The notes beneath the pieces were generated by a model. The model made no database searches, was not told the origin of the DNA, and saw only the letters and a program-made list of their open reading frames with translations. From an uncultured virus (IMG/VR IMGVR_UViG_2667527788_000005) (lineage: Duplodnaviria; Heunggongvirae; Uroviricota; Caudoviricetes): a DNA stretch of 64,000 nucleotides. The translations under genes were made by a program, and so were the position numbers. The stretch lies in the IMG/VR virus record IMGVR_UViG_2667527788_000005; one strand, written 5' to 3'. This document shows positions 1-9,757 of this stretch, piece by piece (the first letter of the stretch is position 1; the number at the start of each line of letters is the position of its first letter).

Positions 1-38
1 TCAGAAGGTTAGGGGTTCGAATCCCTTCGGGCGCACCA
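1..38 (+). tRNA. 3' half of a tRNA-Arg(ACG)-like gene = prophage att core (probably attL)
   Basis: TCAGA-AGGTT-AGGGG-TTCGAAT-CCCTT-CGGGCGC-A-CCA: anticodon stem 3' strand, T arm, acceptor strand, CCA. Matches recalled mycobacterial tRNA-Arg(ACG); the anticodon itself is outside the window. Confidence 0.85.
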
Positions 39-303
39 CAGAAGGCCCGTCGCCCTCGGGCGGCTGCTCGCCTTCACCGTCGGCTAACCAACTCACTGGT
101 ACGCCACAGGCCAATGCCCAGGCATTAAGAACAATCTTCTTCGGGACGGTTCGGCCCTTTTCGCAATTGCCAATAACCGACCGGCCGACCCCCATCATTT
201 CGGCTAATTGCCTTTGATCTAGTTGGGCTTCTTCCCGTGCGATCTGTAGGCGGTATCGCAGACGCATTGGGGGGATGTTCCCTGTTTCGTATGCAACGGT
301 CAT
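1..303 (-). CDS. Immunity repressor (XRE HTH), 3' end overlaps att core
   Basis: RLQIAREEAQLDQRQLAEMMGVGRSVIGNCEKG...VPVSWL HTH; C-terminus VVRPKGFEPLTF is the antisense of the tRNA half. Confidence 0.88.
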   Translation of the reverse strand: MTVAYETGNIPPMRLRYRLQIAREEAQLDQRQLAEMMGVGRSVIGNCEKGRTVPKKIVLNAWALACGVPVSWLADGEGEQPPEGDGPSVVRPKGFEPLTF

Positions 304-309
304 ATGCGC

Positions 310-338
310 ATGGTATGCGCGTACGCGCACCCACGCAA
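310..338 (-). promoter_or_regulatory. Leaderless SigA-like repressor promoter
   Basis: TTGCGT-17bp-TACCAT-6bp-ATG on minus strand; palindrome TGCGCGTACGCGCA (316-329) in spacer. Confidence 0.65.
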
Positions 339-429
339 GGTGGTGCAAATTGACCTAATCCGCAAACATCCCCTGATTGCTGCAAAGTCGACATAAGTTC
401 ACTAGCTGCGAAAACTTCCACAAGGGTGC

Positions 430-459
430 TTGCGCGCACTATGCGAATATGCGCAAGAT
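430..459 (+). promoter_or_regulatory. Leaderless early lytic promoter (PR-like)
   Basis: TTGCGC-18bp-CAAGAT-6bp-ATG(466); TATGCG motifs in spacer. Confidence 0.55.
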
Positions 460-465
460 GGGCGT

Positions 466-699
466 ATGGCCGCACCCACCGCTGAGACACCTGAGCAGCC
501 AGACGAGATCACCGTCACTAAGGCCGCGACGACCTACAACGTCTCCAAACGGACTCTCCAGGCACTCGCCGTGTCCGGCCGCATCCCCGCCCGACTCGTC
601 GGCAAGACCTACCTGCTCGACCACCAGGCCGTCCGCCTATATGCGCAGGCACGCCAGGCCACCCGCGACCTCAACGACTACGCCCAGGCCGCCTCATGA
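466..699 (+). CDS. Cro/excisionase-like HTH protein
   Basis: ITVTKAATTYNVSKRTLQALAVSGRIPARLVGKTYLL HTH_17-type pattern; divergent from repressor. Confidence 0.8.
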   Translation: MAAPTAETPEQPDEITVTKAATTYNVSKRTLQALAVSGRIPARLVGKTYLLDHQAVRLYAQARQATRDLNDYAQAAS

Positions 700-1595
700 G
701 CACCATCGCAGCCACCGCCATGTCCCCATCGGCCGCTCGTGACCTCACCGAGCGCATCCGCACCACCATTGACCGCACCTGGGACCTCATCGCCAAGGCA
801 TACACAGACCGCGCCTGGGCAGTCCTCGGATACCCGACCTGGGACGTCTACTGCGAACGCGAGTTCGGGTCCACCTGGTTCAAGCTCCCCCGCGAGACCC
901 GCGGCGAGGTAGTGCAGTCCCTGCGCGACCTCGGACTGTCCACACGTGCCATCGGCTCCGCAATAGGGGTCGATGACCGCACAGTCCGCCGCGACCTGTC
1001 AGGCGCGGCATCTGCCGCACCTGCGGCTGTCATGGGCACCGACGGCAAGACCTACGCGTCTACCCAGCCCGCTCGCCCTCACCTGGCCGTCGTGCCAGAC
1101 CTCCCCACAACCGAAGACCACCCGGAGACCGCCCCCTTGCCCCACGGCGGGACGGCCTCCGGGCCACCACTGACCCCGTCGCTACTCATTTCCGGCGACG
1201 GGTACTCAGTCGTGCACAACGCACCCCAAGCCGACGGCGTCGAGCCACAGCTCACGTCCTTCGCCATCTGCCACTGCGGCGCCCGAGCCGACCTGTACGA
1301 CAACGCCACCCAAGAGGACCGCGAGCGGTTCGACGAGTTCGGCGTCATACACGACCAATGCCCTGAGCAAGACGATCCGGAGCCCGAGACCGCGCCCGCC
1401 CCGGCGCGCCGGAAGCCGATTACAGACTCCTTCGACGACGCCACCACGGCAGTCACGAAGGCGGTGAAGCGGGTAGAGGCACTGGCGGCTGACGACCGCT
1501 TCGACAAGAACGCGGACCAACTCGCCCTACGCAAGAGCGACCTGGTCCGCGCACGGGACGCGCTGCAACGCGTCATCGAGAAGTTCCCCTCGTAA
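696..1595 (+). CDS. HTH DNA-binding phage protein
   Basis: GLSTRAIGSAIGVDDRTVRRDL HTH; ATGA coupling. Confidence 0.7.
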   Translation: MSTIAATAMSPSAARDLTERIRTTIDRTWDLIAKAYTDRAWAVLGYPTWDVYCEREFGSTWFKLPRETRGEVVQSLRDLGLSTRAIGSAIGVDDRTVRRDLSGAASAAPAAVMGTDGKTYASTQPARPHLAVVPDLPTTEDHPETAPLPHGGTASGPPLTPSLLISGDGYSVVHNAPQADGVEPQLTSFAICHCGARADLYDNATQEDRERFDEFGVIHDQCPEQDDPEPETAPAPARRKPITDSFDDATTAVTKAVKRVEALAADDRFDKNADQLALRKSDLVRARDALQRVIEKFPS

Positions 1596-1615
1596 CCACA
1601 ACAAGGAGTTGCTTC

Positions 1616-2479
1616 ATGTCGAATGCTATACCGCTGCACCGGCCCCCGGCCATCACGACGGACATCGAAACCATCGACGGCACGACCGCCGACGAATACC
1701 TCAAGTTCAACACCCACAACCGGCCCCTCAACGAGCGCAAGGTCATCCAGCTGGCCGCCGACATGGAGGCAGGCCGTTGGCAGATGAACGGCGAGGCAAT
1801 CAAATTCGATACCGCAGGCGCCCTGCTGGACGGCCAACACCGCCTCCACGCGATCTCCCTGTGCGGTGTATCCATCGACTCGGTCGTAATCCGCAACCTG
1901 CCGCCGGAAACCCAGATCACCATGGACCAGGGCACCAAACGGTCACCCAGCGACCAACTCAACCTGTCCGGCATCACCGCCTCCAAGTCCGACGCTTCGG
2001 CCGTCAAGACGCTGATCATCTGGGAGCGCGGCTGGTTCTACACCGACCGCGCCACCGGCTCGGTCACCAGCTCTGAGATTGTCGAGTGGACCCTTGCCAA
2101 CCCCGACACCTTTGAGTTGATCAGGCGCGGCACCCACTACACGCGCATCAAGGCGCGCCGCGGACTCATCATGGCCGTCTACGCAGGCATCGGACGCATC
2201 CACGGCGTGGAGGTCACCTCAGAATTCTTCCAACGCACCCTCGACGGCGTTGGCCTCGAAATCGGATCGCCAATCCTTGCACTGCGCAACAGGTTTGATC
2301 GCGTCCGCGGTGAAGGCATCAAGATGCCCGACGCCGAGGCCATCGGCTATTTCGTCGCCGCCTTCAACCACTGGCTATCCGACCACCACGTGGCCCGGTT
2401 GCAGCAGCCCAAGGGAGGCTGGAACAAGACCAACTTCCCGCAGCTCGTCGGTGCACCGGCCCAGGAAGTACTCCGGTGA
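1616..2479 (+). CDS. ParB-like (DGQHR) domain protein
   Basis: NRPL...GEAIKFD..LLDGQHRLHAI; RBS AAGGAG. Confidence 0.75.
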   Translation: MSNAIPLHRPPAITTDIETIDGTTADEYLKFNTHNRPLNERKVIQLAADMEAGRWQMNGEAIKFDTAGALLDGQHRLHAISLCGVSIDSVVIRNLPPETQITMDQGTKRSPSDQLNLSGITASKSDASAVKTLIIWERGWFYTDRATGSVTSSEIVEWTLANPDTFELIRRGTHYTRIKARRGLIMAVYAGIGRIHGVEVTSEFFQRTLDGVGLEIGSPILALRNRFDRVRGEGIKMPDAEAIGYFVAAFNHWLSDHHVARLQQPKGGWNKTNFPQLVGAPAQEVLR

Positions 2480-2571
2480 TCCGCGAGGTAGTCGTACCGC
2501 TTGTCTGGATGCTCCTGTTCGGCGCATTCATCGGCGCCGTCTTGATGGCCAGTGTCATGGCGGCCCGGTGA
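2476..2571 (+). CDS. Small membrane protein (31 aa)
   Basis: GTGA coupling; VIREVVVPLVWMLLFGAFIGAVLMASVMAAR, one TM helix. Confidence 0.55.
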   Translation: MIREVVVPLVWMLLFGAFIGAVLMASVMAAR

Positions 2572-2575
2572 TGAC

Positions 2576-2932
2576 ATGGCGCGCATCCACGAACGCCCCG
2601 AGCTGCCAATGCATCTCGTCGACATCACCGGCGACCACACCGTCGCCGAGGCCGCGCGCCTGCTATCCCTTGACCCGTCCATCAGTATCGGCCGCGACCA
2701 GCTATTCGACGCCATGGAGGACGAGGACTGGATCTTCCGCGGCCGTGACCACCGATGGATCGCCTACGCCGAAGCCGTAACGCTCGGCTACCTCGCACTC
2801 CATGACGGAGGCGAATACCAAACGCCCACAGGGCAAACCAAAGAACGACCCAAACAGATTTACCTAACCCCTAACGGGGTCGCGGAAATGCACTACCGCC
2901 TCGGCGGCAGCCAACAGCTAGCACTCACCTGA
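2576..2932 (+). CDS. Antirepressor KilA-C-like protein
   Basis: TVAEAARLL..IGRDQLFDAM...WIF...QIYLTPNG. Confidence 0.75.
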   Translation: MARIHERPELPMHLVDITGDHTVAEAARLLSLDPSISIGRDQLFDAMEDEDWIFRGRDHRWIAYAEAVTLGYLALHDGGEYQTPTGQTKERPKQIYLTPNGVAEMHYRLGGSQQLALT

Positions 2933-2963
2933 TCAACCACCTACTCAGCACGAGGAGACAGCC

Positions 2964-3113
2964 ATGCCCATACGTGAAACCAAGTGGTGGCGCCGCGCCC
3001 TATTCGGTGTCCAACCAACACCACCTCCGGTGCCGCCGAGCCCTAACCCAATCTGGGACGAGCTGACCGCCAAGCACGGCAGCCCGGCCGAAATCTGGGG
3101 TGCAGCAGCATGA
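2964..3113 (+). CDS. Hypothetical protein (49 aa)
   Basis: RBS GAGGAG, fills gap, coupled to next gene. Confidence 0.6.
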   Translation: MPIRETKWWRRALFGVQPTPPPVPPSPNPIWDELTAKHGSPAEIWGAAA

Positions 3114-3724
3114 TTGAAAACACCTCGCAACGCCACCCCATCGAGCATCTGGTCGGCTGCCTGGACGGCAACACCTCCAACTACATCGAGGGCATGGAGC
3201 AGTCCGGGCAACAGCAGCTCCTCAAATCCGACCTCCTCCCTGCCGACGCAGGGCGGGTGTGGTCAGGTGAGGGCGACGGAATGCTCGGCATCAATGGCTG
3301 GGATGTTCTGGAACAGTGGGGATTCCAACGCGGCGAAAGTGTCGAGGCTGACCCACTGTTCGTCTGCGCCACCCTCCCGGAGGGGTGGTCGCGCAAGGGC
3401 AGCGAACACGCCATGCACTCAACCATCGTCGACGACCGCGGCGTAGAACGCGTCAGCGTCTTCTACAAGGCCGCCTTCTACGACCGTCGGGCCAGTATGT
3501 CCGTGATCACCGACCCCGGGGGCAACCTCGGAAGCAACGCGATCTATGGCGACGCCGCCGTGGCCCTGCCGGATGAGTGGTCGGTGCTCACCACCGAAGA
3601 ACGCGAGGGATTCCGAGGCGCGCTCGACAGCTATCTACGGCGTGCCGACGAGTATCCAGACATCTACGGGGACCGGGTGCCCCGAGTACGCGACCTCGTG
3701 GCACTGGTGGAGGCCGCAGCATGA
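3110..3724 (+). CDS. Hypothetical phage protein
   Basis: 204 aa ORF coupled at both ends. Confidence 0.75.
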   Translation: MIENTSQRHPIEHLVGCLDGNTSNYIEGMEQSGQQQLLKSDLLPADAGRVWSGEGDGMLGINGWDVLEQWGFQRGESVEADPLFVCATLPEGWSRKGSEHAMHSTIVDDRGVERVSVFYKAAFYDRRASMSVITDPGGNLGSNAIYGDAAVALPDEWSVLTTEEREGFRGALDSYLRRADEYPDIYGDRVPRVRDLVALVEAAA

Positions 3725-4020
3725 TGCGCCGACTACCTACCTTCGCTATGGCCGCCGTGCTGGCGCTCGCGACCGCAGCGCCAGCATCGGCCGACCGGGT
3801 CAACGACGTCGCCAACGACATCGGCGGCGCAGTCTGCGTCATCGTCGGCGCCGACCCAACCTTCCACGGCATCAACAGCATCGGACAGGCCCTCAACCAG
3901 CGCGGGTTCACCGACCAGGCCGCCGGACGCGTCATCGCCCTCTCCGTATCTGCCTACTGCCCATGGCATCAGCCACTCATCGACCTGTACACCAAGGCCG
4001 CGCACTGGAGGTCAGCGTGA
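3721..4020 (+). CDS. Secreted DUF732-like protein
   Basis: Signal peptide ending APASA; AVC...AYCP cysteine pair. Confidence 0.65.
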   Translation: MMRRLPTFAMAAVLALATAAPASADRVNDVANDIGGAVCVIVGADPTFHGINSIGQALNQRGFTDQAAGRVIALSVSAYCPWHQPLIDLYTKAAHWRSA

Positions 4021-4589
4021 GCCGTGACGTGTGGGTCGTCGACCTGGAAACAACCGGACTAGACCGGAATATCCACCTCCCAGTCGAAGTGGCGGCCGTG
4101 AACCTCAAGACCGGGCGCGAAATCCGCTTCGTGCCCTTCATCACCGGAGATGAGCTGGGCAAGGCAGACCGGGAAGCCATGCGGATCAACATGTACTACG
4201 AGCAGGGCCTGTACAAGGACCAGCTTGACCGCGACACGTCAATCCGCTGCTACCAAGACGTTTTCGAGCTGCTACAAGGGCAGACCCTGGCAGGCGCAAA
4301 TCCCCGGTTTGACGCCGACATGCTGCTGATCGGCTACGAGTGGCTACTCCAGCTGGAACCGCGGCTACCCGGTGCCAGCACTCGCGTAGAGGCGCCATGG
4401 CATCACCGTCTAGCAGACGTATGCGCCTACGCCGCAGGCACTCTCAACATCCCACCCGACGACATACCCGGCCTCGCTGGGGTGTGCCAACTACTTGGCG
4501 TCACCAATGAGGCCGAGCACACCGCGCTGGGAGACGCCCGCGCGACCGTCGAATGCTTCCGCCGCCTCTACCCCGGGAAGGACCAATGA
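4017..4589 (+). CDS. DnaQ-like 3'-5' exonuclease (DEDDh)
   Basis: VVDLETTGLD, ANPRFD, HTALGDA. Confidence 0.88.
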   Translation: MSRDVWVVDLETTGLDRNIHLPVEVAAVNLKTGREIRFVPFITGDELGKADREAMRINMYYEQGLYKDQLDRDTSIRCYQDVFELLQGQTLAGANPRFDADMLLIGYEWLLQLEPRLPGASTRVEAPWHHRLADVCAYAAGTLNIPPDDIPGLAGVCQLLGVTNEAEHTALGDARATVECFRRLYPGKDQ

Positions 4590-4840
4590 ACGACCCCGTC
4601 GCACGCCACAACCAACTGGTGAGCAAGAACATCGAGATCGCCACGAGCAAGTTGTCGCCCATGGAGCGGCTCCGGAAGCAAGCAGCCGCCAATTCCAACA
4701 CTCTCGGGTACGCCGTCTTCCTGGGACTGCAACGACAGGCCAACACCTACGCCGGGACAGTGCCCGCTGACGAGGTCCAGCGTCGGCGCAGCCGGAACCG
4801 CGCGGCCCGCAAGGCGCGCCGTAGGAACCGCGCGTCATGA
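4586..4840 (+). CDS. Hypothetical basic protein
   Basis: Coupled ORF with Arg-rich C-terminus. Confidence 0.65.
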   Translation: MNDPVARHNQLVSKNIEIATSKLSPMERLRKQAAANSNTLGYAVFLGLQRQANTYAGTVPADEVQRRRSRNRAARKARRRNRAS

Positions 4841-5622
4841 GGAAGGAATGCACCCGGCCCAACTGCACCGAGTTGGTACAGGCCCGCGGACTGTGCCCGA
4901 CTCACTACGCCAAGTACCGGCGCCTCGCTGTCTCCGACGGCCGCTGGAGCCCGCTGCACGTACCAGCGGACGACACCCGCACCCGCGTCCTCGCCCTGAT
5001 GGCGGCGGGGGTCGGCATATCCCGGATCGCGGAACTTGCCGGAGTGACCCACCGGGCCATCGACTTCCTTACCCGGGAAGACCAGCGCCTGGTGAAACGA
5101 ACCACCCGCGCCGCAATCCTCGCTATACCGGTGCCCGTGTGTCCGTTTGGGCCACAGATGGCCGCTGGCGCGCGGATAGATGCCACCGGTTCACGGCGCC
5201 GCGTTCTCGCCCTCTCCGCTGTCGGATGGTCGCAGCAGCACCTCTCGGTGCGCCTCGGGCTACACCCCGGCCGCCTGTCCAAGGTCGCAACCGGCGCCGT
5301 CAAGAAGGTCACGGTGTCCCGCGCCCGAGAGATCGACGCCCTGTACCGCGAGTTGCAGGAAGTGCCAGGTCCTTCCAACGTCGCACGGCGCATCGCCACG
5401 CAGAGGGGATGGCCGCCGCCGGTGGCATGGGACGACACCGAAATCGACGACCCCGCCGCAACGGCCCACATCCGCGGAGGACAGGTCGTATGGATCGACC
5501 TCTACCGCGACTACCTCGACCTCGGATTGTCCAACGACCAGATCGCCGAACGCATGGGAGTCACAACGGAATCCGTCGAAGCACGGCTCAAGCGGCTACG
5601 CAAGAAGGGCATAGCGGCATGA
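4837..5622 (+). CDS. Multi-HTH DNA-binding protein
   Basis: N-terminal C-x4-C..LCPTHY Zn module; three HTH-like segments. Confidence 0.75.
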   Translation: MRKECTRPNCTELVQARGLCPTHYAKYRRLAVSDGRWSPLHVPADDTRTRVLALMAAGVGISRIAELAGVTHRAIDFLTREDQRLVKRTTRAAILAIPVPVCPFGPQMAAGARIDATGSRRRVLALSAVGWSQQHLSVRLGLHPGRLSKVATGAVKKVTVSRAREIDALYRELQEVPGPSNVARRIATQRGWPPPVAWDDTEIDDPAATAHIRGGQVVWIDLYRDYLDLGLSNDQIAERMGVTTESVEARLKRLRKKGIAA

Positions 5623-5831
5623 CAGCACGCAAGAAGGCCAAGCCGCTACCGGGTGCCATAACCACCCAGAAACGCAACGACGGCACCGGTTGGAGCTGGC
5701 GCTGGCTCTCCAACAAGGGCAACGTGCACTTTCACCCGGGACCGTTCCCAACCACCACCGCTGCGCGCGCCGCAGCCCGTAAGTGGGTACGAGACAAAGT
5801 GCTTCGCGAGGCCCCCGGTGACGACGAATGA
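5619..5831 (+). CDS. Hypothetical protein
   Basis: ATGA-coupled ORF MTARKKAK... Confidence 0.6.
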   Translation: MTARKKAKPLPGAITTQKRNDGTGWSWRWLSNKGNVHFHPGPFPTTTAARAAARKWVRDKVLREAPGDDE

Positions 5832-6013
5832 GCGCGCGGCGACGCTGCCCAGTATGCGGTGCAACCGTGTTCCGCACACCCAACGGCAACGTCCTCACAC
5901 ACCACGACCCACACGGCATCGCGCGCTGCCCCATGTCGGGCGACAAGTTCGAGATTTGCGAGCCGTGGACCCCACGCGTCAAGCACCTTTGGGAACGGCG
6001 GGCCGCGGCGTGA
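5828..6013 (+). CDS. Small Zn-ribbon protein
   Basis: CPVC...H...C; coupled. Confidence 0.6.
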   Translation: MSARRRCPVCGATVFRTPNGNVLTHHDPHGIARCPMSGDKFEICEPWTPRVKHLWERRAAA

Positions 6014-6360
6014 CTACCGACGACATCTGGGCAGAGCCGTACATCACCGAGTGGAACGAAGACCTGACCCGTGAACACGTCCAGGGCCGGTCAATGGGCT
6101 GGTGCGAGTGGTGTGGCAAGCAGCACGGGACTGACATGCACCACCGCCGCAATCGTTCACAGGGCGGTGGCTGGCACCCCGCCAACATCGTGCACCTGTG
6201 CCGCGACTGCCACCACTGGGTCACCACCAACCCGGCGGACGCCGAAGCAGTCGGACTCACCCTCACCCACGGCCAGGACCTATACGACACCCCCATCGCG
6301 CTACCGCTGCACGACATCTACCTGCACGACAACTACCTACCGAAGGGCCGCAACGCATGA
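6010..6360 (+). CDS. HNH endonuclease
   Basis: CEWC..MHHRRNRSQGG..NIVHLCRDCH. Confidence 0.85.
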   Translation: MTTDDIWAEPYITEWNEDLTREHVQGRSMGWCEWCGKQHGTDMHHRRNRSQGGGWHPANIVHLCRDCHHWVTTNPADAEAVGLTLTHGQDLYDTPIALPLHDIYLHDNYLPKGRNA

Positions 6361-7256
6361 CCGCCGCCGACGTGAAGCTGATACCCGCCGTGGACGGCGT
6401 ATACGCCGGTATCCCCGACGAGGCGTACCACGCCGACCGGGCCAGCCTGTCGTCATCAGGTGCACGTTCCCTGCTGTCACCGTCCTGCCCGGCGATCTTT
6501 CACCACGAGCAACAGCAGCCGCCGAAGCCGAAGAAGCAGTACGACTTTGGGCACGCCGCACACAAGTACGTGCTGGGCGAAGGCAGCGAGATCGCAGTCT
6601 TGGACCCCGCGGTGCACGGATTGAACAAGGACGGCACACCGTCCAAGGCGCCGACACACACCGCCATGTGGCAGCAGGCCGTCGACGAGGCACGCCAGCG
6701 CGGCCAGGTACCAATGAGCGTTGACGAGGACACCAAGGCCCGGGCGATGGCGGCGAAGGTCCGTGAACACCCACTGGCCGCCGCACTGCTGGCAGATGGC
6801 ACCCCGGAGTTGTCCGGGTACTGGCACGACCCAGAAACCGGTGTCCGGCTCCGCTTCCGGCCCGACTGGCTGCCCAACCCCGGCCGCGGACGTCTCGTTG
6901 TCGTCGACTACAAAACGAGCACCAGTGCCAGCCCCGCTCACTTCGCCAAGGCCGCAGCCGAATACGGATACCACCAACAGGTTCCCTGGTACCTCGACGG
7001 ACTTGCCGCCGCTGAAATCTCGGATGATGCCGCGTTCGTATTCATCGTCCAGTCGAAGGACGCCCCATACCTGGTGTCCGTCATGGAACTTGACCCGCAG
7101 GCCGTCGACCTTGGCCGCCGCCGCAACCGCAGGGCCATCGACCTCTACGCCCGATGCGTCGCCAACGACCACTGGCCGGACTACGGCCAGGGCATCCACC
7201 CCGTATCCCTACCCAACTATGCCGTCTACAGCCAAGAAGGAGACCTAGACCAGTGA
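6357..7256 (+). CDS. RecE-like exonuclease VIII (PD-(D/E)XK)
   Basis: YHAD..LSSSG, FGHAAH, RPDWL, VDYKT, YGYHQQ. Confidence 0.88.
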   Translation: MTAADVKLIPAVDGVYAGIPDEAYHADRASLSSSGARSLLSPSCPAIFHHEQQQPPKPKKQYDFGHAAHKYVLGEGSEIAVLDPAVHGLNKDGTPSKAPTHTAMWQQAVDEARQRGQVPMSVDEDTKARAMAAKVREHPLAAALLADGTPELSGYWHDPETGVRLRFRPDWLPNPGRGRLVVVDYKTSTSASPAHFAKAAAEYGYHQQVPWYLDGLAAAEISDDAAFVFIVQSKDAPYLVSVMELDPQAVDLGRRRNRRAIDLYARCVANDHWPDYGQGIHPVSLPNYAVYSQEGDLDQ

Positions 7257-8470
7257 CCGTCACCGCCTACCAGCCCGTATCCGCTCCCACCCGTACTTCA
7301 ACCAGCCAGGCGACGTCTGTGGAGCAGTCCCGCGCTATCGCCGAGGTGCAATCGGCTGTCATTGTCGCGCAACAGATTCCGCGTGACCTCAACCGCGCCG
7401 AGGCAGAGATGCGGGACGCGTGCAGCCGTTTGGCCATGGCCGTCCAAGCGTTCTACCAGGTACCCAACCGTGGCACCGGCCCGTCTGTTCACCTGATGCG
7501 CGAGCTGGCCCGGGTATGGGGCAACGTCCAGTACGGCGTCAACGAGTTGCACCGCGACGACACCAGGGGAGAGTCAGAGATCCTGGCCTGGGCGTGGGAC
7601 GTCCAAACCAATACCCGAGCCACCCGTACCTTCATCGTCCCGCACGCCCGCATGGCCCGCGGTCGCCGCGAGGAGCTGACCGACCTCGGCGACATCACCA
7701 ATAACAACAACAACGCTGGCGCCCGCGCCGTACGCGAGTGCATCAGCGCGATCCTGCCCAAGTGGTTCACCGAGGAAGCACAAAACCGGTGCCGCGCCAC
7801 CCTCGAAAACGGCGAGGGCGTCCCACTCAGTGAGCGCATCGAGAAGATGGTCACCGAGTTCCGCAAGCAGCTGGGCATCACCGAGGCCCAGATGGAAGCC
7901 CGGATCGGAAAGAAGCGCGGGGCCTGGGACGCAGGGGACGTCGCCCAGATGGGCATCACCTACACGTCCATCACCCGCGACGGTCTCGACAAAAACGAGG
8001 CATTCCCGGCCGCGGCATCGTCACTGGCCGACGAAATCACCGCAGCGGCAGCAGAGAAGAAGCAACCAGAAACGGACCCCGAGGCATCTACGGCCGGTGA
8101 TCTGGCACCCGACGACCAGCGCGCTACCGAGCGCGAGGGTGCTACAGAGCCCGGGGCCGAGGAGGTCCCCGCGCCGGGCGGTGGTGACCCCACGCCGCCG
8201 CCCGGCAGCGGCACATCTGACGGGGACGACCCGGCAGAGGTCAACAGCTGCGGCGATTTCCTGGCCACGAAGAAGGACGTCGGCACTATCCGCGGCCTTC
8301 TCGCCAACGCCAAGTACTCGTTCCGCACCAAGGAATCCGCTGCCGACGCACTGGCCTACCTCAAGACGGTCATCGGCAGGGAAATCTCGGACATCAACGA
8401 CCTGTCCGAGTCAGAAGCGGCAGACGTCATCGCAGCGCTCACGAACACCAACACCAGCAAGGAGAACTAA
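7253..8470 (+). CDS. Putative RecT-like ssDNA annealing protein
   Basis: Follows RecE; AEVQSAVIVAQQIPRD, GPSVHLMRELARVWGN pattern. Confidence 0.65.
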   Translation: MTVTAYQPVSAPTRTSTSQATSVEQSRAIAEVQSAVIVAQQIPRDLNRAEAEMRDACSRLAMAVQAFYQVPNRGTGPSVHLMRELARVWGNVQYGVNELHRDDTRGESEILAWAWDVQTNTRATRTFIVPHARMARGRREELTDLGDITNNNNNAGARAVRECISAILPKWFTEEAQNRCRATLENGEGVPLSERIEKMVTEFRKQLGITEAQMEARIGKKRGAWDAGDVAQMGITYTSITRDGLDKNEAFPAAASSLADEITAAAAEKKQPETDPEASTAGDLAPDDQRATEREGATEPGAEEVPAPGGGDPTPPPGSGTSDGDDPAEVNSCGDFLATKKDVGTIRGLLANAKYSFRTKESAADALAYLKTVIGREISDINDLSESEAADVIAALTNTNTSKEN

Positions 8471-8474
8471 CCAA

Positions 8475-9362
8475 ATGTCATGGGAATTCGTAACATTTCT
8501 GATCTTCGGCAGCATTGCAGTACTGCTACTACTGGGCGGGCTTGTCGGCCGCCGATTCAACCGGCGTGCTGATGGCCCCGTCGTGACACTGTTCATGGGC
8601 GGTATCGCCTTGGCTATCGCCGTTCTTGTCCTCGTGATCGGCTCCTTCACGGTCGTTGGTACCCGCAAGGTCGGCATCGAGACGGTATTCGGCAAGCCGT
8701 CCGGCGACACCCTGTCCAACGGTCTGCACTGGAAGAAGCCGTGGGCGACGGTCGACGAGATGGACGCAGCGGTCCAGATCGACAAGTACGAGGGTAACGG
8801 CCGCATCAAGGTCCGGCTGGGTAACTCGTCCACCGCCGACGCTGACGTATCCGTGCGCTGGCAGATCAAGCAGGACGCCGCCGACGAGCTGTACGTGCAA
8901 TACCGGTCATTCGACAACGTCCGTACCAACCTGATCACCCGCAACCTCCAGGTCTCACTAAACGACATGTTCTCCAAGCTCGACCCATTGGCGACCAAGT
9001 GGGCCAACGGGTTACCGCTGGAGACCTTCGCCAAGGACGCGTCCGAGAAGCTGCGCGCTCTGGTAGGAGACCAGGTCGACATCCTGGACGTCGCCGTCCC
9101 CACCATCGACTACGACGACGGCACCGAGGCCCGTATCAACGAGCTGAACGCCGAGCGCGCGAACACCGCGAAGGCCGAGCAGGCGAAGAAGACGGCCACC
9201 GAACAGGCCGAAGCCAACCGCATCCTCTCCTCGTCAGTGTCCAACGACCCCAACGTGATTGTGCAGAACTGCATCACCAAGGCACTGGACAAGAGCATGT
9301 CGCCGTGGGGCTGCTGGCCCGGCACCGGCGCACTCGCCACCATCCCCGCACCCATCAAGTAA
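8475..9362 (+). CDS. SPFH/Band-7 membrane protein
   Basis: Two TM helices, VGIETVFGK..LSNGLHWKKPW, coiled-coil tail. Confidence 0.85.
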   Translation: MSWEFVTFLIFGSIAVLLLLGGLVGRRFNRRADGPVVTLFMGGIALAIAVLVLVIGSFTVVGTRKVGIETVFGKPSGDTLSNGLHWKKPWATVDEMDAAVQIDKYEGNGRIKVRLGNSSTADADVSVRWQIKQDAADELYVQYRSFDNVRTNLITRNLQVSLNDMFSKLDPLATKWANGLPLETFAKDASEKLRALVGDQVDILDVAVPTIDYDDGTEARINELNAERANTAKAEQAKKTATEQAEANRILSSSVSNDPNVIVQNCITKALDKSMSPWGCWPGTGALATIPAPIK

Positions 9363-9388
9363 CACCCCACGAAAGGAACACCGCCCAT

Positions 9389-9754
9389 ATGACCACTCCA
9401 GCCCCCGAGGAAGAGGACCGGGTACGCCCGTTCGCCGACTTCCTGCGGGAACTCCAGAAGGGCCGCGTGCACGACGAGCTGTCCGACGGCCTCAAGGAAG
9501 TTGTTGCCGCCGTCCGCGCGACCGGGAAGGCCGGGTCACTCACGTTGAAGCTCAGCGTTTCTGAGCAAGCCAACACCTCGATGTTGGTCATCAAAGACGA
9601 CGTGACCGTCAAGGCGCCACAGGCCGACCGCCAGGTATCCCTCTGGTTCGTCGACCGCGAGGGCAACGTCACCCGCACCGACCCGGCGCAACTCCAATTC
9701 GAGTCCATGAAAGCGGTCGCCGAGAGCACCACGAACATCCGAAAGGAAGCCTGA
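9389..9754 (+). CDS. Conserved protein, partner of DUF2303
   Basis: RBS GAAAGGA; ELSDGLKEVVAAVRATGKAGSLTLKL. Confidence 0.75.
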   Translation: MTTPAPEEEDRVRPFADFLRELQKGRVHDELSDGLKEVVAAVRATGKAGSLTLKLSVSEQANTSMLVIKDDVTVKAPQADRQVSLWFVDREGNVTRTDPAQLQFESMKAVAESTTNIRKEA

Positions 9755-9757
9755 CCC

